Positions 14,351 to 27,400 are shown, counted from the first letter of the stretch. The stretch is DNA of 64,000 bases from Octopus vulgaris (GCA_951406725.2 OX597814.1:75702001-75766000); one strand, 5' to 3'. The notes: generated by a model not told the origin, from the sequence alone. Program-made: numbers and translations.

Positions 14351-15209
14351 TGAAGCCATAATCCGTGGCCCCTACCTGGGGACGTAGTCAGTCCACCTGT
14401 GCATACCTTCCTTCTTGTGACACTTGTGAAGACCTGTTGAGGCAAGGGAGAATCGAATCGAATCAAATCAAATCAAATCGAACCAAATCAAAATAGATGA
14501 ACATCAATGGAATTTGTATCCTTGTGGTACCAGTGCCGGTGGCACATAAGAAAACCATCCGAACGTGACCGTAGCCAGTACCGCAATGACTGGCCTCCGT
14601 GCTGAGGGCACGTAACAAACACCATCCGAGCGTGGCCGTCCGCCAGCCTCGTCTGGCACCTGTGTCGGTGACACATAAGAAAACACCATCCGAGCGTGGC
14701 CGTCAGCCAGCCTCGTCTATCACCTCTGTCGGTGGCACATAAAAAACACCATCCGAGCGTGGTCGTCTGCCAGCCTCGTCTGGTACCTGTGTCGGTGGCA
14801 CATAAAATCACCCGCTACACTCTCGGAGTGGTTGGCGTTAGGAAGGGCATCCAGCTGTAGAAACACTGCCAGATCTGACTGGCCTGGTGCAGCCTCCAGG
14901 CTTGATAGACCCCAGTTGAACCGTCCAACCCATGCTAGCATGGAAAGCGGACGTTAAACGATGATGATGATTCACATCAGACATACTAAACGTATATATA
15001 TTTTATAAAATAAATTTATATTTTATTATACATGCACTGAATGTGTGTGTGTGTGTATATATATATATTTTCACTATTACAGCCAACGAATCTAGTCAAC
15101 GCACAAGACAGCCATTATGCTGTCCCCCACAAAATACCACCATGTGAACTCTGTTGAGACTAGTAAGAAACAATTATGAACTTTTTTATTACACTTACCT
15201 TTTAAAAAT

Positions 15210-15257
15210 ATTTTTGATACGGTTCGTTTTTTCAAGAAGAACCGAAACATGTAAAAT
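15210..15257 (+). ncRNA. Degenerate or variant minimal hammerhead motif
   Basis: attt-TTGATAC-ggttc...gaacc-GAAA-catg-TA-aaat: stem II GGTTC/GAACC, palindromic stem III ACATGT, stem I attt/aaat; core deviates (U3/A8, A9>C). Confidence 0.35.
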
Positions 15258-15345
15258 CTCTAAGAAAATTAAAATTTATCTTATATAGTGGCGTTTTCAA
15301 ACTTCTTTTTTATAAATATATACCCACTCGTATGCCACCCACACT

Positions 15346-15384
<39 letters not shown>

Positions 15385-18300
15385 TATATGTTACAATCAC
15401 CACTGTCAATTCAAAAACCCAGAATAAAGCCCTTCTTTATTAAGTATGATGATAGAAGCAAATATTGTCAACATAGGCTATACAATAGCTAAGTGCTAAC
15501 ACAATTGTGCGTTAACATTTTTATGTTCCATGCATTAACACAGTTAATGCAATGGAATATGAAAAAAAAAAGCTAGAAAAAATATTAGTCAATGTCGTGT
15601 TTTCCAGCAAATACTGATGATAACTCCATGGTGATATTTCAATCTTATTAACTTCATACATGAAGCATACCCCCCATATAATGTGGGCAAGATTAATTGT
15701 ATTTGATATTAAAATAGAAGTCGCAAATATTGCAAGAAAATATCCAATCTCTGCTTGTATAAAGAAAGAAAAGAAATGCAACTGATGATATGAGTGAGCA
15801 TGCATGTACACATACACAAATACTTTCACATAAAAATAATTCATGGTGTGTTTTGAAGATTCTTAGGTTTCTCAATCTTTTACTTTCTCTCTCTCCCTTC
15901 AATAAATAATAAACATTTCTTTTGAAAACAGAGATAAGTAGGTTTGTTTTTAAATTACCAAAGATGTTTACACAAATATTTTTCTTAAATATTGCATCCA
16001 TTTTTTTTTTTTTTTTTAATAATGCATATGTAAACAACATTTCTATAAATATATAAAAATGTTTAGATATTCCATTTTTGCAAATATTACAAAATAATTT
16101 TGTAACAATTTTGCTTACTAAGAAAAACTCCAGTTATATCATACTTTGGTGTTTATTAGCAATATACAAATAAATTATATACAGTACTATCATCAACTAT
16201 TAAACAATTGCATTTCAAATGTTTTCTATCTTCAAATATCACAAGCCTATCTCATTAAATAATTTTTATTTCAACTTACAATAATCTCACTTCCTTTTAG
16301 TGTAAAACTAATCAAAGCTAACTTCAAAATATATCTCTCTATATCTTTCTTACAACTATTTTCTACACTGTTGTGAGTTAATCAAATCTACAAAATTGGA
16401 TTATTTTCAAGGAACCTTTAAAAACTGAATGCACTCTAAAGTTGCAGCATTTCCATCTACTAGCAGAACTGATAGCAATATGTATTTAACAAGTACTACT
16501 AACATCCTTATACACTGTTTCTAAGTATTCCTTATTTTCTGTAAAAGTAGACTTGTCATTTCAAAAACTACATAATTTATAAGCCCACATTTAAGTCTAT
16601 CTCATATGGTTCAGCATAACCTATTTTCACGTGAATGTTATGTCACTGAAAACAAGTACTTTTTAAATAAAGATAGGAAAAGTAAAGAGACTTGCTTAAT
16701 CAAGTATATGATGGACTGTTTTCTTTTCATAAGTATCTATAACCAACAACACATTTTCATTACCCTTATTCATTTATCAAGTATGACAGCAAACCTAAGC
16801 TGCTATTCAAGAACTTGGGTTGGCAGCAGATTCATTTTGATACAGAAATAAATATTTTGCAACTTCAGTAATATTTGTTGCATCGATAATTTCACAGGCA
16901 ATTTCAGTATGAAATAGATAGACACCTTAGAAAAGCAGCATATTTCCAATCTTAATATCTAAACATTCTTGTACGCATATACATCATTAACATTATAGTA
17001 CATTATCTCTTGTGTGTGAAAAATTAAGAAAAATGAGGCAGCCACTGACAGCCAAACTATGTTCCTTTTACAAGAGATATATTTTATTATGACTAAAATA
17101 AGGATCTGAAGTAATTTTCTAGAATCATTATCAGGAACACATTTGATTATAAGACTAAGATGATAAATAACTGATATGGCTAAGAGTTCAAATCACAGAA
17201 TAGTGTGCAGTTAAAATAGATTATTCTTTTGCAGTGAGAGCAGAGATAACACCACAGTATATTGTCCCCTACCCAGAGAAGGAGAAACTTGCCAAAGCTA
17301 ACAGAGGTAGTACAATATATTCAAAATTTGTATGGTTGTAAGTAGTTTTGATTTAAACTCTGGGGACCTAAAAAAAACACTGTAGTATGGCCATCTCAGA
17401 TAGAGTTCACAAATGATCTTAATCACCAATACAAACTTAAATTTTGGTTATGATCATGAACTGCATGTTGTGTTTGGTGTAAACAGCTTACCCTACATTA
17501 AACTAATTCACACAAAAGCACCTTTTACTAAACTACAAAAGATTCTACAAGAATGGAATCTCAATGCATCAGTGACAGAAAATACTTTTCTTACTTTGTT
17601 GATAAAAAGAAGGGTATCTAGCTGTAGAAAATATTTGCTTCTAACACTTTAATGTGTGCAATAAAGCAACATAGAAAAATGAATGTAAAACAGTAATAAA
17701 ACAAAATTTATAACATCTGAATATAAACAAAAATTTATTATCAATAGGAATTAATTGATATATATAATATCAAATGCTGTCTTATACAACAATATTCTTA
17801 TTCCCTCAAAATACTTCATTTTCAGCATCAAAGATGATAAATTCACTACATGAATATGTTAATAATCATGAAAATATTAATAAACTAAGCTGACTACAAG
17901 AATAATTCTATTTCATTAATTAATACTAAAATGAACAGTTGTCAATGTTAACAAATCTACAGCACTATAAAATGTTACGTTGCAACAAGAGAAGAGAGCA
18001 AACTGCTACTTTCAAGTCTGTTTCTACAGTAAACTATTACAGATCACAGATTAAAGCTCTTGGTGCAAATACCATAGACTATCATCTATACTGAAAAGAG
18101 AGTTTTATCAATGAAGGAACTGTTATAAAATAGACATGTTCCAGTCTTCTTTCATTCTCATGATAAAAAAAAACAAAAAGGAATTAATTTTATACATTAG
18201 GTATCAGAAATAAAAAGCAGTAATTTTGGGTGTCAATTCTCTTTTTGAACTACAACAAGACACCACAGACAAAAGTAGGAGTGAATCTAGAAGTTGTAAA

Positions 18301-18471
18301 TTAATACAGTAAGCAAAAATGAATGAAGATATTTTGCAGAAATGAGGGAGGGGTGCATTGCAGGTTTTGGTTGGATGTTTTGTGAAATCTAAAGACATAG
18401 GTTGATAGATGAGCAAGTTGTACAATTAAACCGATAGTGTAAGCTTTAACTTAGAAAGACTTACAACTTAC

Positions 18472-18576
18472 GCTATTGCCTATCCAATTTTCATTTGGAT
18501 AATCTCCATTTTCAGCTTGGCTTAGAGAAGCATCACTGAATAACTTTCTCCTGTGGTAAGAATTACATACTTTAGT
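18472..18576 (-). CDS. Candidate coding exon of host gene (105 nt, phase 0-0): TKVCNSYHRRKLFSDASLSQAENGDYPNENWIGNS
   Basis: Acceptor tcatgtttttgtAG, donor GTAAGT; only frame 0 is open; phase fits the upstream ATG| exon. Confidence 0.55.
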
Positions 18577-18589
18577 CTACAAAAACATG

Positions 18590-18623
<34 letters not shown>

Positions 18624-18733
18624 TACATACATACAATCATCATTTAATGATCATATTCCATGCAAGACTAACTTACTGAATTGGACTGCTTAACAGGACT
18701 TGATGGGTCCAAGGACTGCATCATACTCATATA

Positions 18734-18818
<85 letters not shown>

Positions 18819-20469
18819 AATCAAATGGATTTTATAGCAAAACACTTTGTATATATTTTATCTACATTATATATATTAATTACATTGACAAGCATAATTA
18901 TAGAATTTTATGAATATAATCAAAAGCAAAAATAGAACAAAAGAAAAAAATCATTAGAATTGGGAACCACTAAAAAGAAAATTCACATGACATTACTGAA
19001 GATATGAATAATTGTAGTTTGCACAAGTTTTAACAGCCATATTTCAAAACTTTCATTAAACAGAATTTAAAAACTGCTCCCAACTGTTAACAGCAGTAGC
19101 TTTTGCTTAGGTTGTAAATAACTTTTGCACAAAGTATGATTTCCTTACTCTGCCTTTGTACGTGTGGGTTTCTAATCTTAGAAAAATGAAGAATCTTTTC
19201 TTACCAATTATTTAAAACAGATTACTCTGTTTAAATTTTTTCAGCCTTGAAGAATTTCAAACTTTATATTACTTTAAAGAAATGTTTGTATTTGGTTTTT
19301 GCACTCTGGATTAAACATGGAGATTCCATTAACATGAAAAGTATGAGGGGGGGGACCATATGAAAAGTGCCCAGACAACAGACAAAAAAAAAGTTAAAAG
19401 CACAAAATTAAGATATCACAAGTAAATATGTAATATCAAAAAGTGACTATTTCTCACTCTACAGAACAGAGATATAACTTGCCTATAATTCAAGCAAGTC
19501 TTTTAAATTATTGAAAGTACACTGTAATAACTGTCAAACCTGCTAAAAATACTACCTCTGTTAAATATTTTCTCTTTAACAGATTTCATGTGTTGGATGG
19601 AGCTCATCCTGATTTTCAAGATATTGGTTGGTTGAAAATTTTCTCTGAGGTCATTCATAAAACGTTTTGCACTCAGCACTTAATGCTTTTGATACCACCC
19701 TTGGTTTTATGATATAAAACACTTCATGCTTAAAAATAATCTCAGTTAAAACTTTCCATCAAAACTCAATGATAATTTATGTTCCAAACACCAGCTTAAT
19801 AATAACAAAATTATTTTACTAAATTCTTCATTATATTTAGAATAAATTAAAACAAATGCAGTGTATTTCAACAAAAATATGATAACCAAAAGGTTAAGTA
19901 AATGAAACTCTCAACAATTATACAGTATCCCTACAGTTTGTATTAGTGAACAGTACAATCTATGTTGTATTACCATGCATCCAGCCATAGAAAATATGCC
20001 TCATTGAATTCCATCTAATCTATGTAAGCATGAAAAAGCAGTCATCAAAATAAAACGAAACAAGAACACATCTACAAGGGTCTACAAATTATAAACCCTT
20101 CTGCCAGTAAATGAACACACTGATAACACTTTTTTATTTACACTATACACTTCAAAAGTTATGAACCAACAAAGAAGTCTTTATACAGACACCCAGCCTG
20201 CTAGTAATAGCTGCACCATATTTCCCAAAAAGAAAAGACACAGTACCTGAAATGAACTATGAGAAGGTCATGCTCAAGCTTGCAAATTCGTTTCAATTCA
20301 CATGCCATAAGAGAGATGCAAGTACTGATAAAGACTTTCATGGGAAAGCAAAAACTTTTTAATGATGAAAGAAAACTATACAATACTTCTGTTCAAGCCT
20401 TTCAAACAGGCATTTTTGCTATCTGTGCAATTGCTCTATTTTTATTAATTGTAATTTTTTTTTCCGATA

Positions 20470-21788
20470 CAGGTTGGGCAGAGAGGACAGACGTTTTTGA
20501 AATGGCTATTACTCAGCCCCAGCGGGAGGGACAGATGTCCGACAGGTACCATTTGGTCCATGGTGTCTTAGCATTTTTTTTCCTTTTCAGGTGAAGCCAT
20601 AGTACTGTAGACAATAGAGCATCGTGTTTACCTACAAGAGTTACGTGAAGAATAACAAGTCTGTCACAGCAGTTCAGCTTGAGTTTCAGTGCCACTTAAA
20701 CATATGCCAAAATCAGGCTGTTGCCACCCATAACACAATCTTACGATGGGTGAATGGACTTTGTACATGAGGTACACTGATGAATAGGAGACCAGTGGGG
20801 GTGCCACAAATGGTATGGACCCTGGAAAATGTGGAACACATCAGACAAGCTTTGAGTCCAAATCACTCAGCTAGGAGGCATTCTACTGAACTTGGCATCG
20901 GTAATCAATCGGTAAGGCACATTTTGCATGAAGACCTGCATTTCCACCCATACAAATTGGTCATTGGGCAACAGTTGAAACCATGAGACTATGCACAGTA
21001 GCTTAATATTGCATGTCAGATGGAAGCAATTTTTGAGGCAAATGACAACCTCAATTTGTTAATGAGTGATGAAGCTCATTTTCATCTCAATGACATGCTG
21101 AATCAAAAGAACTGTCGTTACTGGGCTCTTGAAAATCCAAGAGAACTGCATAAAAGACCACTGCACAGCCCAAATGTGTTGTTCTGGTATGCTGTTGGAA
21201 AAACTACTGTCATTGGTCATTACTTTTTTGAAGACAATAATGAAAATGCTGTTACTGTGAACTCTGAGCATTACACCAAGATGATAAACAACTTCTTTGT
21301 GCTTGAATTCTGATGAAAACATATCCCTATTCAACATGTGTGGTTTCAGCAAGATGGGGCAACAGCCCACACAGCCAGAGTATCAATGGACGTTTTTCGC
21401 CCTTTCTTCAGTGACCACCTCATTTTCAGGTTTGCTGACATTCCTTGGCACCCTCAGTCTCCTGATTTATCTATGTGTGATTATTTCTTGAGGGGAAACC
21501 TCAAGGCATGTGTGTAAGTACATAAGCCCTGTACACTGGATGATTTGAAGAACGCTGTTCACATAGAAGTCACTCAAATTGATGGAGCAATGCTGGAGAG
21601 TGGAGGCCAACTTCCAAGAATGCTTTCAGAATCAAAACAGACACCATATGATGGATGTTATTTTCCACACTTGATTTTGACAAATGCTAATTCAATACAA
21701 ATACACTGATGTCAATAAAATTTGTTTGCAGCTAAAATTAATGATTTTGTAAATTTTTCAAAAACATCCATCCTCTCAACCCACCATG
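20470..21788 (+). mobile_element. Tc1/mariner-superfamily DD41D (rosa/Visitor-type) transposon, decayed
   Basis: Imperfect about 33-bp TIRs (caggttgggcagagaggacagacgtttttgaaa / tttcaaaaacatccatcctctcaacccaccatg), TA at left; motifs SDEAHFHL, WFQQDGATAH, SPDLSMCDYFL with 41 residues between D (21353) and D (21479). Confidence 0.9.
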
Positions 21789-23123
21789 TTGTACTTTTAT
21801 ATTTATGCATCATTACAAAGACAATACAATGAACATTTGAGTACAGCCAATACAATGAACACTTGAGTACAGAGAGTGCTGTATAAGACATAAAGGGCAT
21901 GTTTTGTCCAAAGGTGAATTTCTTTATCATATTGGTGGTAGTTTTGACCATGTTTTTTATGCTACAATTTATCAAAAGGCTTCAGTTAAAACATGAACTT
22001 AGTAGCGGAACAGCTGCCCTTCATATTTTATAGCATTACTGACATTTTTCATTTTCAGTCAAAAAATCCCTAACCACCTTAGTGATCAAACAATCAAATT
22101 TGTTTGTCTCTTGCAAAAGGTATAACTTCAACCCTGAATCATGAATGTCACACAGGTTTCAAATTTCCAGCAAGTTTGGCTCATAAAGTCAATTCTTTTA
22201 TCAAGGGAAAACGAAAGTTATTCTTCCCAGTTCCAGTAGCCAAATCAATAATCTTCTTTCAAATATAACTGTCTTTAAAATGTTACCTGGCAAAAATATA
22301 TCAAGTGAGACTGTTGCTGAGACATCTAATGAATTGGTTTTCCTACTTTCCACTGACAAAATTTTAAATCCTACAAACTTATTTTAATGAATGAATTTAA
22401 GCCAATGTAAATACTATACTCATTCTATTTGTCTAAAAGTATTTGAAGAATCTGTCTAAAAATTCCTAATACTGAACATACAAACAAAGCCAAAAATCTA
22501 TTTAACCTCCCCTCTACTAGTTGCAAATGAAAATATTAAATTCATATAGCTATAAAGCTAGACAGATGAAAATTATTTCAACTTCTCTTTAAAAAAATTA
22601 GAAATGATTTCAAGACAACTTCAATTATTACAAAAATGTTTGAATAATTAATACAGTTCAAATAAATAGGTTTCTCACTGCATTTGTTTGTCAATAATAT
22701 TTGAACAGTAAAATGAAACAATGAACACCCTCTAATGAAAATAGCTATGATAAATCTTAACTGGCAAATGAAATTTAGTATGTCTCAGTAAAGTTGACCA
22801 ATACATGTGAGTGGAATTTGCTACAAGGAAACTGTGCAGAAATCCACTGAATATGGGTGTACGTCTGTGTTCATTAACAAAGATTATATACAAATGCAAG
22901 AAAAAATACAGGATGTAGGCAAATATAGTAGCAACACTTTCCCAGGTATATGAGTACTTTGTGGTTGCAAAATAAACTTCTTAGGCATTTGTCTTTACTG
23001 TGTCAATATTATGGAAATGAATGAATATTGAATATTTTTTATATATATATATATAAAACATGTGGATCATTGGCGATTTTTTTCCTCTATCTTCCTTTTC
23101 TCTTAGACTTTCCTCCGACTCCT

Positions 23124-23158
23124 GTTTCTGATGAAGAGCTTTGCTTGAAACATAAAAC
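23124..23158 (+). ncRNA. Minimal type-I hammerhead ribozyme motif (CpG-decayed)
   Basis: gttt-CTGATGA-a-gagc-ttt-gctt-GAAA-ca-TA-aaac; stem I gttt/aaac; ACAT is plausibly decayed from palindromic ACGT. Lies in an approximately 23060-23250 element next to (TA)n. Confidence 0.65.
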
Positions 23159-23262
23159 CATCTTTCTTTCCTTCCCAGAGCATCTGCTAACACGACCTCA
23201 CATTGTTGTTTTTTTCTTGTGTTTGTTCTTCATTGCTTTTGGATTTACTATACATACATACA

Positions 23263-23314
<52 letters not shown>

Positions 23315-23510
23315 CCTAACTGTATGAAAAAGTATGTGAATGTTTTATTCATTAACTTTAATGTACAATGATCACTCTACACATCACATGACTAATTTTT
23401 GTTGACTAATTTCAACCACTGATCAGACCACTTCTGACTGGTTGGCTTGTCAACCAGTTTTTAACCAATTGTTCTATAGCTAAAATTATTTTACAAAAGA
23501 ATATACTTAA

Positions 23511-23728
23511 CTCTTTAGCATTCAAACTGGCCATATCCAGCCAAAATATTTAACCTGTTTTACATTGAAGCTGGCCAGATTTGGCCTCTAACCTCATTCC
23601 TAAAATGTCATTCTAAAACTAAGCAATCAAATGATCAACATCTCTAAACTACAAGATAGAGCATGATTAATTTAAAACTATAAATAAACAAACATTACAT
23701 TTGACAGAATAATCTGAATGCTGAGGGG
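23511..23728. mobile_element. piggyBac-like non-autonomous element (MITE)
   Basis: TTAA|ctctttagcattca ... gaatgctgagggg|TTAA; a related left end starts at about 53397. Confidence 0.6.
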
Positions 23729-24014
23729 TTAAAAATATCTGAAATCTGTTGCACATATTTTATATTAAAAATTATTCTATACTTAAAATTGTCATATAGA
23801 TAAATTTTCCAAAATATATATTTTTAAATATCAGTCATCAATAACAATTAAATTAAAAACTCATTTAAAATTGTTCTGAGTTATTTTACAAAATATCTAA
23901 TATTCACAGTATGAAAAATATTTTGTAAAATAATAACTATAGAGAAATTCTTTGAACAGTCACTTTGATAAAAAATTGTTTAGATGAGAAGTTGTACTTA
24001 ATTACATTTTATAT

Positions 24015-24200
24015 ATCATCATTTAATGTCTGCTTTCTATGCTGGCATGGGGTGGACAGTTTGACAGGAGCTGGCTAAGCAAAAGACTGCATCAGATTTC
24101 ATTGTCTGTTTTTGGCATTGTTTTTATTGCTGGATGCCCTTCCAAACACCAACTATCTTAGAGTGTGGACTGGATACTTTTTACAAGGCACTAGCACTGG
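24015..24200 (-). mobile_element. Old RTE 3'-tail copy
   Basis: catcatttaatgtctgctttctatgctggcatgg...ctggatgcccttcc is the reverse complement of the 14800-14970 tail. Confidence 0.7.
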
Positions 24201-24249
24201 TTGGGTCATCAACAAACCATATATATATATATATATATAAACACATATA

Positions 24250-24592
24250 TATAAAGGATAAAGACCCCCTTCAGTTATGAATGAACATGGGATTGCACCA
24301 AGGTAGTTCCCCTCCAAGGCACAAATCTGGGCAAGGTTGTTTATGGAAGACCAGCAGCCACCCATGTATACTATCACCCCTCTCCATGCCACTGATGTTA
24401 TCCAAGATCAGCAAAGGCCAATACAGTTTTACACCAGTAACATCGAAACTCATTTCTACAGCTGAGTGAACTGGAATAACATGAAATAAAGTGTCTTGCT
24501 CAAGAACACGACACACAGCCTGGTCTGGGAATCAAACTCACTGCCTCATTATTATGAGCCCAACACTTTAACCACTGACCCATGCACCTTCA
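24250..24592 (-). mobile_element. tRNA-derived SINE (second family)
   Basis: Minus-strand head gaaggtgcatgggtcagtggttaaagtg...gagtttgattccc (A and B boxes); homologous + copy at 55365-55690. Confidence 0.75.
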
Positions 24593-24593
24593 T

Positions 24594-24626
<33 letters not shown>

Positions 24627-25009
24627 CATAAGGTGAACATGAGAAATCAAAAAAGATTATGAGGCACATACTTCATAGTGACTTTATTCAACTGTTCTTG
24701 AAACAACAGTGTTTCTTTAGCATGTACAATGATAGTGTTTTTGTGTTGTTGAAGAATTTATGAGTTTCCACTGAAGAAGGGTGTTAAAATTCTGATCAAG
24801 AAAGTAGAGCAGGTCTGGTGCGAAAGGAGCTTAAGTTGCAGTTACATAAGGAATGTGAATACTATCATCAATGCAGTTAATTAAAAGTCAAATGATAAGA
24901 TTTACATACAGAAAGAGAAGTGTGAGGGATACAGATGACCCCTGGGGTAGAGTAAAATTGAAAGAATGTGGGTTCAAGACAGAGAGAACAACAAATGCAT
25001 GGTGCGGAA

Positions 25010-25319
25010 CAGTAGTTCTCAACCATTTTTTTACCTATGAACTCCTTTGATTACTATTATATTTTGGTGGAGCCTCAAGGTCGTTTGATGTTTAAAAAAT
25101 TACTTTCATAGATACTTCTTTCAAAAGTGCTATTTTGTTGTTTTTTTAGTTTTTCACACATTCACTTGTGTAGTTCAAACTGTGTATGTTAGAGAAAGAA
25201 TCCTAGCTGTTTCTTGCAATAAATGCATCTAAAGCAAAATCTTTTCATGGGCCCATAATATACTACTGTGAATCCCTAATTTATTATTTTGCTTGTGTGG
25301 ACCCCAGTGAGAACCACTG
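25010..25319. mobile_element. hAT-type MITE
   Basis: TIRs cagtagttctca / tgagaaccactg; weak 8-bp TSD-like flanks. Confidence 0.6.
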
Positions 25320-26653
25320 ATGTAGACAAGTGTTCTACAAATAAAGGTAGTTTTTTTTTCATTTCATGCAACTGTCAAACATTTGAAGATGGTTCTTATG
25401 TAATTATGGTCATCATTCAATATATTACATGTTAGTACACATGCAATTTATTTTCAAGTCAAGGCATGGAACCATTAATGCACTTATAAGAATTTAGAAA
25501 GATATCAGACTAAACACCTAAAATGTGTGCAACTGACAGCAGAATACAGACATGCAAGTGTGTACATATGCATCTAATTATTTATTTCTAGTTTTCATGC
25601 TGATGAGTGTGAGGTAGCTTTTGTAAATGTTGCCATTTTCTTGAAATTGTAGAAGCATATTTTAATAGTTTCATACCCCTTCTGCTAGAAACCACTCAAC
25701 AGTGAAAATGAAGTGGAATATATATGCAATTAGAGAAGTTTGGTAAACTGTGCAAAGCATATGGTCTAAGTACACAATATGATGACTGCAGTATGGTCTG
25801 AATGTACAGACCTGCAGTCAATAATTTAACAGAAAATCGACTCAACTACCTATATACAATTCATAAATTAAACTCATAAACAGAATTAATTTCATGATTG
25901 AAAATGCTAGAATTTTATAAAATTGTTTTAACACAAATATAGCTGCCATTGAGATAACTAGATTTTGATAAGCAGATTTTTACAGTACAGCCAATGAGGG
26001 AAAATGACATACAAGAGGACATTTGGGAAGAAAGCCAATGTTGAAAGGAACTGAAAAGAAATATGAAGGAAGCCAATGAGCAATATCTGCAATAAATGGT
26101 CATGATCAGTAAAGGGGACACTGTTACATGTGTAGTTGGAAGAAATTCAGCTATGAAAGCAATACAATCAATAAGCCCCCAATAAATTTAATGCCAAATT
26201 GAGAAAGTATATTATATATGAACTAATATTTCTGTTATTAAAACAATGGTGCAGCAAGACTGTGGTTAAGAAGTATTATAAAAAAAATCAACAAGATCTA
26301 AACTTAAATTCTCCATGAGCATCAATGTACTCTCACTCAAGATAGATACTGTTAGTTTATGTTAGATAGATTAAATTCAGTAACAAGTCACAAAATAAAA
26401 AAATCTCAAAAATGTCCTAAACTCGAATAATTCTAAACCTAATCTAAGTTCACCATCATCCTCTTTTTAGCATCTTTTCTATGCTTGCATAGGTCAGATT
26501 CATTCAGGTAGTATTTTCTATAGCAGATACCTGTTGCCTTTTTCAAACAAGGTAATCATCATCATCATCTTACAGTTCTATATTTAAAAGATGAGGAATT
26601 ATGTACATTATTTACAATTGATGGATATTTGTCATCATCTTGTTTGTTGTTAA

Positions 26654-26695
26654 CACAACGTTTCGGCTGATATACCCTCCAGCCTTCATCAGGTG
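26654..26695 (-). ncRNA. Minimal type-I hammerhead ribozyme (intact core)
   Basis: Minus strand: cac-CUGAUGA-a-GGCUG-gaggguauau-CAGCC-GAAA-CG-UU-gug; palindromic ACGU helix III, GUU cleavage triplet. Confidence 0.8.
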
Positions 26696-26728
26696 GCTTG
26701 GGGAAATTTCGAACCTGGGTTCTCCCAT

Positions 26729-26803
26729 GGGCATATGGCTTAGTGGTTAAGAGCATGGGCTACTAACCCCAAGATTCTGAGTTCGGTTCCAGGCAGTGAC
26801 CTG
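26729..26803 (+). promoter_or_regulatory. tRNA-derived internal Pol III promoter (SINE head)
   Basis: A box TGGCTTAGTGG (26736-26746), B-box-like GAGTTCGGTTCC (26779-26790), anticodon-like arm ggg-ctACTaa-ccc. Confidence 0.7.
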
Positions 26804-27129
26804 AATAATAATATTAATAATAATAACAACAACGTCGAAAAATACCTTAGGAATTATAACCCAGGTTCGAAATTTCCCCAAGACACCTGCTGAAGGGTAT
26901 ATCAGCCAAAACATTGTGTTAACAACAAACAAGATGAGGATAAATATCCAGCAATTGTAAATAATGTAAGGCAATATTTCTCAGACTATCAAACAACAAA
27001 CAACCCAGACACACCTATACCTATATTGACTATGATAAAATCCAAAGAAAATAAATTCCTAACTACAAAGTCACTGGTATCCATGTATGCACGCATGTGT
27101 GTGTATGTGTATATATATATATATATATA

Positions 27130-27325
27130 CAGTAAGCCCTCGATTATCACAGGTATTATGTTCCAAAACATCCAACGATAGGTGAAAATCTGCAAAGTAG
27201 AAACAATACTGTATATTTTTTTTTAATTTTTGTTTATATATATTTTATTATAAATGCAAAACACTACCATGAAGGAATCGACATAAGCTTAAGTAATGAA
27301 TCACAATATGGCAAGGGGGTTACGG
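27130..27325. mobile_element. Tigger/pogo-like MITE
   Basis: TA|cagtaagccctcg ... caagggggttacgg|TA. Confidence 0.55.
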
Positions 27326-27400
27326 TAGTGTATTGTTCTGTTATAGTGGACTCAAAAAGAAACAAAAAGCACTCCATCCAGTGAGAAAAATATCATTATA

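Larger units (their letters stand above)
12860..14970 (+). mobile_element. 5'-truncated RTE-clade LINE with long 3' UTR ending in (GAT)n
   Basis: RT motifs NYRGIKLL, QFGFVPGKST, GVHQGSVLSPLLF, YADD, RYLG; C-terminal RRLRWYGHV and RGRGRPRKTW; stop at 14350; 3' UTR with about 58-bp tandem repeats and tail gacgttaaacgatgatgatga. CpG-rich, so a relatively young copy. Confidence 0.95.
26572..26968. mobile_element. Fold-back element: tRNA-derived head plus hammerhead-bearing (Penelope-like) tail, with an inverted copy of the tail
   Basis: Inverted arms 26604-26721 and 26858-26968; between them a tRNA-like head and (AAT)n/(AAC)n linker. Confidence 0.8.

Noticed and set aside
14620-14810. Regularly spaced repeats resembling a CRISPR array
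   Set aside because: Tandem units without unique spacers, inside a LINE 3' UTR in eukaryotic DNA with no cas genes.
17235-17306. Plus-strand AG...GT segments with open frames (also about 19583-19649)
   Set aside because: Weak donors, no partner exons, and antisense to the better-supported gene.
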